Below are positions 54,444-61,962 of a DNA stretch of 64,000 nt, piece after piece. The notes beneath the pieces were generated by a model. That model worked only from the letters and a program-made list of their open reading frames with translations, had not been told where the DNA came from and did no database searches. The stretch's first letter is position 1. Each line of letters opens with the position of its first letter. This DNA comes from a virus: the IMG/VR virus record IMGVR_UViG_3300005099_000065, positions 15,662 to 79,661 of that record. One strand, given 5' to 3'. The position numbers and the translations under genes were made by a program.

Positions 54444-55541
54444 ATGAGAAAATTTGTTGCTTTATTTGTTTGTTCGGCATTGGTTTTGTGGGTAGTTTGT
54501 GCCATGGCAAAGGTGACGGGTCCTTGCGCTGATTGTCATACAATGCATTATAGTCAAGGTGGAAATGCAAATAATTATCCTTCTGGTGGACCTTTTCCTT
54601 CTTTAACAATAGGGGATTGTATCGGCTGTCATGCTGGCAATACTCCTATTAAAGGCACTAACGATGAGATTCCTGTCGTGTTGAGAAACACAGAGCCAAC
54701 TGGGACAGGTCCTAACAAGAGTCTGGCTGGAGGAGATTTCTATTGGGTTGGACAGGGGGATGATGCTAAGGGTCACAATGTGGTTGGTATAAGCGGCGAG
54801 GATCAAATGGGTCGTACTCCACCTGGTTGGGATCCAACAGACAATGCTGCTAAGGCTTATGGTGTTGTTGCTAATGGTGAAGCAGTTTGGAGCAAACAAC
54901 TCACTTGTGCTGGTACATACGGTTGTCATGGTTATCATGATGAAGAAAATGATTATCGAGCTATCAAAGGAGCTCATCACGGAAATGACGATTGCCTCAA
55001 AGCAGATACTTTGGATGTAAGCGAACAAGGTACTTCAACAGCCACTAGCTATCGATTTCTATATGGTATTAAGGGGATTGAAGACAAAGATTGGGAATAC
55101 ACAGCTCAGGATGGTTCAACAGACCACAATCAATATTATGGGGTGAATGGAAACACGAATCAAACTGCTCCCACCGTCAGCTTTCTTTGTGCCGAGTGTC
55201 ACGGTGATTTTCATGCGGATATTCAGGACGGAAACGTGTGGATTAGACATCCCACAGATATAGTTTTACCAGCTAAAGGTGAATACGAAAAGTATAATGG
55301 TGGAACAGGTTCAGCTAATCCTTACAGTGTGTTAGCGCCTGTGGGGAGCGATTTGAGCACTGGAGTAAGAGACACAATCAATCCAGGCAGTGCAGACGCA
55401 ATTGTTCTTTGTGTTTCTTGTCACAGAGCTCACGGTTCTGAGTATGATGACATTTTGAGATGGAATTACACTGGTGAATGTGAGGCTGGTCAAGGTGATA
55501 TGACTAAATGCGGCTGCAAAGTATGTCATACTGAAAAATAA
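54444..55541 (+). CDS. secreted hexaheme c-type cytochrome, OmcS-like
   Basis: Signal peptide. Heme sites CADCH, CIGCH, CAGTYGCH, CAECH, CVSCH, CKVCH. OmcS-like motifs CHTMH, GGDF.WV, KGHN, RHP and CHRAH.S. Confidence 0.85.
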   Translation: MRKFVALFVCSALVLWVVCAMAKVTGPCADCHTMHYSQGGNANNYPSGGPFPSLTIGDCIGCHAGNTPIKGTNDEIPVVLRNTEPTGTGPNKSLAGGDFYWVGQGDDAKGHNVVGISGEDQMGRTPPGWDPTDNAAKAYGVVANGEAVWSKQLTCAGTYGCHGYHDEENDYRAIKGAHHGNDDCLKADTLDVSEQGTSTATSYRFLYGIKGIEDKDWEYTAQDGSTDHNQYYGVNGNTNQTAPTVSFLCAECHGDFHADIQDGNVWIRHPTDIVLPAKGEYEKYNGGTGSANPYSVLAPVGSDLSTGVRDTINPGSADAIVLCVSCHRAHGSEYDDILRWNYTGECEAGQGDMTKCGCKVCHTEK

Positions 55542-55546
55542 ACACA

Positions 55547-55616
55547 AGCCGTGGCTAGGGAGGTCCTCCTTTCTTGCCTGCCCATCCCTTCACCTCCTTT
55601 CGCCCTGGCCATGGCT
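55547..55616. other. GC-rich stem-loop (14-bp stem) after the cytochrome gene, carrying two CCTCCTTTC motifs
   Basis: AGCCGTGGCTAGGG (55547-55560) pairs with CCCTGGCCATGGCT (55603-55616), including two G-U pairs. Confidence 0.55.
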
Positions 55617-55632
55617 GTGACGGAGGAAAAAG

Positions 55633-56100
55633 ATGATAACCATTAATGATTTTATGTACGAGTTAGAACCAGATGAGCTTCGTGAAGCTTTGGGAATCAC
55701 GCAAGAGGATTGGGCTGCTTTTATGGAGGATTTTTGTGAAGTCGCTTCGTCTTCAACCAGATTGCACGAGTTTCTTAAACGGTGTGGAGAGTTTCCAACT
55801 GTTTTGTTAGCAATGTTGCTGGCTCAGCTTTTCGCTGGAAAAGGTTATTTGGTTTTGCGAGATGCTCATGCAGATGTTTGGATTTTGCTCATGAGTTGTT
55901 GGATTGAGAAAGTGGAAAAGAGTTTGGAAGAAGAGGGAGATGGGATTATAGATCCTTTGTTTTATTTTGAGGACCTTCGATATTTTCCCAAACCACTTTT
56001 GATATCATTTTTGTGGTTTGTTTGCACTGCTATTGAAAAACATGTCAAGTCTAATGAGAAACATGAGCGCAAAGTACATCGTCGGAATAGATCCAGGTAA
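55633..56100 (+). CDS. hypothetical protein
   Basis: GGAGG SD; 155 aa; acidic and helical. Confidence 0.6.
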   Translation: MITINDFMYELEPDELREALGITQEDWAAFMEDFCEVASSSTRLHEFLKRCGEFPTVLLAMLLAQLFAGKGYLVLRDAHADVWILLMSCWIEKVEKSLEEEGDGIIDPLFYFEDLRYFPKPLLISFLWFVCTAIEKHVKSNEKHERKVHRRNRSR

Positions 56101-56506
56101 AACATCAGGCTTAGCCATCCTTGCTCAATCGGGTGTTTTGTTGTATCACACTCAAGGATCTCCTGTTATGATTTGGGAAGTACTAGAGACATATCATCCA
56201 GATTATGCAGTGTTGGAAAAGGCAACAGCCAGACCCAAGCAAGGAGTGGTTAGCACTTGTAGCTTTTGCAAAACGTTTGGTTTTTGGGAAGGAGTATTGA
56301 CGGCTTTGAGAATACCTTATGTTTTGGTGTCTCCCACTCGATGGAAAAGAGTTTTGGACAGTGGAAAAAGGGACAAGGCTCATGTGATAGATTGGGTTAA
56401 TCGGATGTTTGGTTTGAAATTGAAGAAATCTTATCACCATGAAGCCGAAGCTGTTGCTATGGCTTGGTGGGGTTTGGGAGAGTTGAAAAAGACAGGAGCG
56501 ATTTGA
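56063..56506 (+). CDS. ruvC: RuvC-like Holliday junction resolvase
   Basis: IVGIDPG, VLEK, VSPTRWK and EAEAVAMA. Start uncertain (56054 or 56063). Confidence 0.8.
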   Translation: MSAKYIVGIDPGKTSGLAILAQSGVLLYHTQGSPVMIWEVLETYHPDYAVLEKATARPKQGVVSTCSFCKTFGFWEGVLTALRIPYVLVSPTRWKRVLDSGKRDKAHVIDWVNRMFGLKLKKSYHHEAEAVAMAWWGLGELKKTGAI

Positions 56507-56552
56507 AATATTTGGTTGGGAAAATTTTTTAAAATTTTTTTAAAAAAAGGTA

Positions 56553-56581
56553 TTGACTTTTTCTAAAAAAGGTATTATATT
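56553..56581 (+). promoter_or_regulatory. strong sigma70-type (early) promoter
   Basis: TTGACT-N17-TATATT with an upstream A/T UP-like tract; AAAAAAGGTATT occurs twice. Confidence 0.75.
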
Positions 56582-56613
56582 ATACTCAGAACAAAACAAG
56601 AGGAGGAGCAAGG

Positions 56614-56952
56614 ATGAAAAGAAATTTGAGAAGAGATTTGAAGAGGTGGTTGGAAGAAGCTAAAGCCGTGCTGGTGAACCCTCACACTGGAGAAGTGAAA
56701 ATTAGGATTACAAATGATCGCCAGTTAGTCTTGAGCAGGAAGCAAGCTTTGGAATGCCATGATTTGTTGAAGCAGTATGAATACAAGACTTACAATGAAA
56801 TCCTTTATGCTTTGGGGGCTTGCCATGGTCTTGCAGGCGTGGAGTTGAGAGACGTTGTCCACATCACCACAACGACCGAGTTTTTCTCGGTCGTTGCTGC
56901 GGATGGGAAGTGTATCAATGTTCCATCTGCGGGTACATTTATTTGGGAATAG
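56614..56952 (+). CDS. hypothetical early protein
   Basis: GGAGGAG SD; first gene after the strong promoter. Confidence 0.65.
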   Translation: MKRNLRRDLKRWLEEAKAVLVNPHTGEVKIRITNDRQLVLSRKQALECHDLLKQYEYKTYNEILYALGACHGLAGVELRDVVHITTTTEFFSVVAADGKCINVPSAGTFIWE

Positions 56953-57036
56953 GAGTGCCTCTTTCTTATTTTTTGAAGAGAGACGAAAAACTTTCAAGGA
57001 TTGAATTGGAACAAAATAAATAAGGAGGTGATAAAG

Positions 57037-57213
57037 ATGCAAATAATGTGTGAACAATTTTTTATGGAAAGGACTTGTGGAGGAGATTGTCCTTTGAAAG
57101 ACCAGTGTCCTTTTGCCAAATCTTATATGAAGGAAACTGACATATATTTTGAACCAAATTTTGTTGAGGAGGATTTCGAAAATGAATGCGGAGAAAGAAG
57201 TGAGGACTTATAG
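57037..57213 (+). CDS. small Cys-containing hypothetical protein
   Basis: GGAGGTGA SD; C..C.GDCP..DQCP. Confidence 0.5.
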   Translation: MQIMCEQFFMERTCGGDCPLKDQCPFAKSYMKETDIYFEPNFVEEDFENECGERSEDL

Positions 57214-57376
57214 TTATAAAGTTGTTTGCGCTTGGTGTAAGAAGCTGGTAGCTATTAAAAAAACAAAAGATTATAAGATGAGTGGAACTGTGTCTCATTC
57301 TATTTGTAAGAAATGTTTTCAAAAATTTTTTGGAGCAGAAGAGAGTAAGGATGAAAAATTTGGGAGGGTGAGATGA
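57182..57376 (+). CDS. small Zn-finger-like protein
   Basis: VVCAWCKK...SHSICKKC. Confidence 0.6.
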   Translation: MNAEKEVRTYSYKVVCAWCKKLVAIKKTKDYKMSGTVSHSICKKCFQKFFGAEESKDEKFGRVR

Positions 57377-57573
57377 AAGAAGTCAAAGACAAGTCCAGTG
57401 TTAGTCATTTGCTGATTGGTTGTCTAGCTCCAATGTTGGTTAAATTTGATTTGGATGTGGAGGATGAATTCTTTTCCATTGATGACTGGATGTATGTGGT
57501 GGAGGCTCAAAGAGTGGAGGGCAATCTGGTCATGGTCAGGAGTCAGTTTTTTGTAGAAGAGGATAAGAGGTGA
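57373..57573 (+). CDS. hypothetical protein
   Basis: SD and ATGA coupling. Confidence 0.5.
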   Translation: MKEVKDKSSVSHLLIGCLAPMLVKFDLDVEDEFFSIDDWMYVVEAQRVEGNLVMVRSQFFVEEDKR

Positions 57574-57755
57574 GAAGGTATCGAGTTGTGTGTAATAATC
57601 CAAATTGTATTGTTGTGCAAAATTTCGGTGGAGTTGTTGAGACTTCCTGTTGGCCAGCAGCATGGTGTTGTTCTGAATGTCAGGTGATCGAAATTGAAAA
57701 TGAAAATAAAAATAAAAACAAAAAGAAAGGAGGTGAAAAAAATGAGAAAGCTTAG
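57570..57755 (+). CDS. small Zn-ribbon-like protein
   Basis: CNNPNC...CSEC; low-complexity ENENKNKNKK tail. Confidence 0.5.
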   Translation: MRRYRVVCNNPNCIVVQNFGGVVETSCWPAAWCCSECQVIEIENENKNKNKKKGGEKNEKA

Positions 57756-58176
57756 CGTTTTTGTTTTGGTTTTGTCTTTGGTTTTTGGTTGTGCCGTTTG
57801 CAAATCTCCTAGAAGTCTGAGAATGGAACAGAGCTTTCAGATTTTGAGAGGTCGTCCTTACCCCGATGCTGTGCAATTCTTTGAGTCTCGAGGTTGGAAG
57901 GTTATAAAGCCCAAGATTGGTAAGCTTCGTTTGTTGGACTTCAAAGCTAAAGGATTGCAGGTTTATGCGGCTGTGAAGCCAGGCAGACGTTATGCTCGTC
58001 GCCATATTTATTTCGACAAATTTGGGCTTCAAGCAACCACGTTTTATTACCAAAGATATTTTGTGGTTTGGATTGGAGTCGACAGCCAGGGGATTGTCAG
58101 GAAGTTAGCAGTGGATGAAAGGGAGAAACTTTTCAGATTCAGAGATTATAGCACGGGGTTGGATTTGGTTTTTTAA
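57742..58176 (+). CDS. predicted lipoprotein
   Basis: GGAGGTGA SD; MRKLSVFVLVLSLVFGC signal II/lipobox. Confidence 0.65.
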   Translation: MRKLSVFVLVLSLVFGCAVCKSPRSLRMEQSFQILRGRPYPDAVQFFESRGWKVIKPKIGKLRLLDFKAKGLQVYAAVKPGRRYARRHIYFDKFGLQATTFYYQRYFVVWIGVDSQGIVRKLAVDEREKLFRFRDYSTGLDLVF

Positions 58177-58182
58177 AATATT

Positions 58183-58413
58183 TTGAAGGAGGAGAAAAGA
58201 ACGGTGAGAAAAGTGATTAGATTTTTGTTAGGAATTATCTTTTTCATCAGCTTTTTCACTTGCATTGGTTGCACAGTGTCTTTGTTCGCTATGTTCAATT
58301 GTTGGTTGGTGGAAAGGTTAGGGCTGGATTTGGTTCATTTGGTTTCAGGGGCAACTTTGACTTTTTTGATTTGCGGAGGATCTCTTTTGTTGGATGAAAT
58401 TTTGAGAAAATAG
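58183..58413 (+). CDS. small two-TM membrane protein
   Basis: Two hydrophobic segments in 76 aa. Confidence 0.55.
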   Translation: MKEEKRTVRKVIRFLLGIIFFISFFTCIGCTVSLFAMFNCWLVERLGLDLVHLVSGATLTFLICGGSLLLDEILRK

Positions 58414-58445
58414 AAGAGGACCCAATTTGGGTCCTCTTTTAATTT
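58414..58445 (+). terminator. rho-independent terminator
   Basis: AAGAGGACCCA-ATT-TGGGTCCTCTT (11-bp stem) followed by a T-rich tract. Confidence 0.8.
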
Positions 58446-58462
58446 TAGATGGAGGGGAGGCA

Positions 58463-58768
58463 ATGTGGAGTTATTTGTGCGCTTTGCAAGCAATGAATCC
58501 TTGCAATTATGTGCCAGCTGAAGAAGTGGAGGAGGCTTTGCCATATCATCTGGATCCTGAGAAGGAACTTATTGCCAAAGAAATTGCTTTGGGTAAGGGA
58601 TTGAGCGAAGAAGCCAAGTTTGTGGTTAGATTGGTTTTGGAATCACCTCAAGAAATGGGGTTGATTACCAAAAAAGCAATCACTGAGCATTTGAGAAGTC
58701 TAGGCTGGCCATACAAGAGGATATGGTTGGTTTTTAGTGAAATCAAAGAATGGTTAAAGGAGGTGTGA
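58463..58768 (+). CDS. hypothetical protein (possible DNA-binding)
   Basis: GGAGG SD before ATG 58463. The listed start 58427 falls inside the terminator. Confidence 0.55.
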   Translation: MWSYLCALQAMNPCNYVPAEEVEEALPYHLDPEKELIAKEIALGKGLSEEAKFVVRLVLESPQEMGLITKKAITEHLRSLGWPYKRIWLVFSEIKEWLKEV

Positions 58769-58770
58769 AA

Positions 58771-58962
58771 ATGCAAAGAAAAAACCCCCAGACTGAAAAG
58801 ACTATTTGTGTAGTAGTCAAAACTCAGAATTGGAATAAACTCAAAGCCTATGCCAGCTTGAAGGGATTGAAAATGAGAGAAGTGTTAGACATAGTGATTG
58901 AAGAGTTTTTCAGAAACAGGGACATTCGGGTGTCTGAAATGCCGAAAATCAAGCCAAATTGA
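58771..58962 (+). CDS. ribbon-helix-helix DNA-binding protein
   Basis: TICVVVKTQNWNKLKAYASLKGLKMREVLDIVIEEF is an RHH pattern. Confidence 0.65.
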   Translation: MQRKNPQTEKTICVVVKTQNWNKLKAYASLKGLKMREVLDIVIEEFFRNRDIRVSEMPKIKPN

Positions 58963-59004
58963 TGAAATTTATAATAGTTTTAGAATGAATTCAGGAGGGA
59001 GAAT

Positions 59005-60930
59005 TTGAAAATTCCTGACGATGTTGTCAAAGCTTTGAAAAAAGCAGGGTTGTATTCTGATTTTGAGAAATTTCTGAATATGAAGATGGTGGAACAAGAA
59101 TTGTGTTCTCATGGTGGCGCTTTGTCTCGTGCTGTGCATCCTTGGTATGGTGCTTATAATCCTGACAAAATCTCTATCGACATTTACGACAAAATGAAAA
59201 CCAATCCTCAAGTGGCAGCTGGTCTGAAATGTATCAAATATCCCGTTTTGGCTTTGAATTGGCACGTGAAAAGTGATTCTCAAGAAGTGAGAGAATTCGT
59301 GATTGAAAATTTGAAACCATTGTGGAGAGGTCTCATTGAATCTTGTTTGACTGCTGTTGAATATGGATTCTCAACCCATGAAATTGTTTACGAAAAGAGA
59401 AATGGAAAAGCATATCTCAAAAAGTTGAAATCTCTTCATCCCAAGTGGATTAACATAAATTTGGATGAGCATGATAATTTTTTGGGATTCACCCAAACCT
59501 GGATGGGACGATTTATTCAGGTACCAAGAGTGAAAGCCTTTATTTTCACTCACGGCAAAGGAGAAAGCTTTGGCAATCTGTTTGGTGAATCTCGGTTGAA
59601 ACCTGCTTACGAGCCTTGGTATTGGTGGAGTACATTAATCCAGTTTATGATGAAGTATTTCGAGAGAAGAGGAATTCCTCCAACCAAAGTCAGATTCCCC
59701 CCAGGCAAAACCAAAGAAGGCAAGAGCACAGCTGAAGTTGCAGTGGAAATGGGCAGGGCTTTGCAAAGCGAATCTGTGGTGGCTATCCCTAGCAGTGTGT
59801 GGGAGATAGGAGGAAAGGTGCTTTACAAGTGGGATGTGGAATATTTGGATGAGCAGAGAAGAGGAGATATGTTTCAATCTGCATTGGTAAGCCTAGAGGC
59901 TAAAATATTGAGAGCAATGTTTGTACCTGAAAGGGTTATTACACAGGACACGTTGTCCAAAGCTGGTTCTTATTCATTGAGTAAAGTGCATGCAGATATG
60001 TTTTTGCTAGGTGAAGAAGGGTTGACAGTGAGCTTGGAGGATCAAATCAATAAATATTTGATTTCAAAGCTGGTGGAAATCAATTTTGGCAAGAAGGCTT
60101 GGGCTAGGGTGGAGATGGAAAGAATTACAGAAGCCAGAAAGCAGTTTTTGAAGGACGTGTTCATGGAAATGTTGAAATCTGGAGATGCTAAGCCTGCAGC
60201 AGATGCCATTGCTGATTATCTGGGGTTGCCTATGGAGGGCAAACAACCAGAAACTCAAGAAGCTGAGGAAAAACCAGAGACCAGCATAAGCTTAGAAGAA
60301 AGTCAGCCAGCAGGACGTTGGTGGAGAGAACCCAATGAATTTGAAGATTCAAAGCTTTTGGTTGAAGTGGAAGACATGTTGAATAAACAAAAGACCTCTT
60401 GTTTATACGAATTGTTGAACATATTCGATGATATGGAGGAACAGGTGGTGGCTAAGTTGGACAGACTGCATAAGCAAGGACAGCCTTTGACCGATTTGTG
60501 GTACAGAAGGGTCAAAGTTTTTGATCCCGAAAAGGGAGAAAAAATAGAAAAGGTTGTGTGGGAACCAAACAAGAACAAAGTGCGTTCATTATTGTCCCAA
60601 CATTTGAAGGAAATTTATTTATGGAGCCAGGAGCAAGCTTTGAAGCGATTGGAAAGAGAAGACAAGCCACAGGTCGATAAGAGATATTGGGATAAGATCA
60701 AAGTTAGACTAGAGGCTATTGCAGAACAGATTTATGGGGATTTGAGATATCAGTCGCATTTAGGTCTTGCTGATGCACAATTGATGGGAGATCCTTTAAT
60801 TCCCAGATTGCGTCATGTGTTTAGTGTGATAAAAAACAAGAAGTTGCCTTCAATAGTTGATACTGAATTTTCTTTTGCTTTTAATGTTGGTCAACAACAA
60901 GTGGGAGATTATTATGGCGTGGCAGAGTAG
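59005..60930 (+). CDS. portal protein (Mu gp29/DUF935-like) with C-terminal extension
   Basis: TTG start after GGAGGG. AVEYGFS.HEIVY, NLFGESRL...Y..W, ERRGIP and GSYSLSKVH..F. Confidence 0.85.
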   Translation: MKIPDDVVKALKKAGLYSDFEKFLNMKMVEQELCSHGGALSRAVHPWYGAYNPDKISIDIYDKMKTNPQVAAGLKCIKYPVLALNWHVKSDSQEVREFVIENLKPLWRGLIESCLTAVEYGFSTHEIVYEKRNGKAYLKKLKSLHPKWININLDEHDNFLGFTQTWMGRFIQVPRVKAFIFTHGKGESFGNLFGESRLKPAYEPWYWWSTLIQFMMKYFERRGIPPTKVRFPPGKTKEGKSTAEVAVEMGRALQSESVVAIPSSVWEIGGKVLYKWDVEYLDEQRRGDMFQSALVSLEAKILRAMFVPERVITQDTLSKAGSYSLSKVHADMFLLGEEGLTVSLEDQINKYLISKLVEINFGKKAWARVEMERITEARKQFLKDVFMEMLKSGDAKPAADAIADYLGLPMEGKQPETQEAEEKPETSISLEESQPAGRWWREPNEFEDSKLLVEVEDMLNKQKTSCLYELLNIFDDMEEQVVAKLDRLHKQGQPLTDLWYRRVKVFDPEKGEKIEKVVWEPNKNKVRSLLSQHLKEIYLWSQEQALKRLEREDKPQVDKRYWDKIKVRLEAIAEQIYGDLRYQSHLGLADAQLMGDPLIPRLRHVFSVIKNKKLPSIVDTEFSFAFNVGQQQVGDYYGVAE

Positions 60931-61792
60931 AGAGGTTTTACAGACACACAGAGGACCTCGAACAATTGTGCGATATGTGTACAGTGCCATTTTAGATTCT
61001 GTTGTTTGTGATTTGTGTCGAGCTTTGGACGGTCGAGTTGTGTTGCCAGGGTCTCCAGAGCATCGGATGTTTACTCCTCCTTTGCACCAAAATTGTAGAT
61101 GCATTTGGATCGGGATAACATCCCATGACCCAAATATACCAAGCCCTCATTGGCCACCATTAAATGAAAGTTTGATTGATAAGTTTGGTTCTTTGATGAG
61201 TTTTCGCAAGCGCGGAGAAAAACCATCTTTTTCTCGCTCATACAAACAAGCAATAGAAGAGGTATGGAAGGACGGAGATGGAAAATTTGAAGTTGTTATT
61301 GCATGCGATGATTCAGGAAGGAGATTGTTGAAGAAAGCGGGAAGTAAAACTCAGGTGGAATTTTCTTGGCGTGAAATGAGATTGTTTGAGAAAGCTCATT
61401 TAATTCATAACCATCCTAGAGGAGTGGGTCTCAGTGCTCCAGATGTGGGTTTAGCTGTTGTATCCCAAATGCGTTCAATTACGGCTGTAGGAGACAAATT
61501 TGAATACCAATTGATTTTGTCGGATGAATTCTATCGTTATTTGTCAAAAAAAGGCTTTGTTTTTTGGGGACGAAGGTCAAAACGTCCTTCTCTTTTGGTT
61601 GAGCATACATATCAAAAAATGATAAAAGTTTATCGAGACATTGAGAGAGAAGTGAGGGAACAGTTAGATCAAAAATTGATGAAAGGGAAAATACGAGTGG
61701 AAGAGGCTTGTCTTTTACACCATCATTTGGTTTTGGAACGTTTTGTCAAAGTATTTCCTGGTTTGAGATATATCAGGAGGAAACGCAAATGA
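60914..61792 (+). CDS. MuF/SPP1 gp7-like head morphogenesis protein fused to a JAB/MPN-like (HNHP...S..D) domain
   Basis: YSAILDSVVCDLCRALDG...PPLHQNCRC (MuF); LIHNHPRGVGLSAPDV. Confidence 0.78.
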   Translation: MAWQSREVLQTHRGPRTIVRYVYSAILDSVVCDLCRALDGRVVLPGSPEHRMFTPPLHQNCRCIWIGITSHDPNIPSPHWPPLNESLIDKFGSLMSFRKRGEKPSFSRSYKQAIEEVWKDGDGKFEVVIACDDSGRRLLKKAGSKTQVEFSWREMRLFEKAHLIHNHPRGVGLSAPDVGLAVVSQMRSITAVGDKFEYQLILSDEFYRYLSKKGFVFWGRRSKRPSLLVEHTYQKMIKVYRDIEREVREQLDQKLMKGKIRVEEACLLHHHLVLERFVKVFPGLRYIRRKRK

Positions 61793-61962
61793 GGGTGTTC
61801 AAAAAGGATTCATTTGTGTTGGATGATACTCCTTTTGATTTACAAAGTTTGAAGCCATATCCTCATTTGAGCGAAGCTGTCAAGCAATTCCTTTTGTCAA
61901 AGATTAAGGAAATTCGAATTGTGAATCGAAGTGCAAAGACAAAGCGAGGTGGTAGAAAATGA
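61789..61962 (+). CDS. hypothetical protein
   Basis: ATGA-coupled at both ends. Confidence 0.45.
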   Translation: MRVFKKDSFVLDDTPFDLQSLKPYPHLSEAVKQFLLSKIKEIRIVNRSAKTKRGGRK

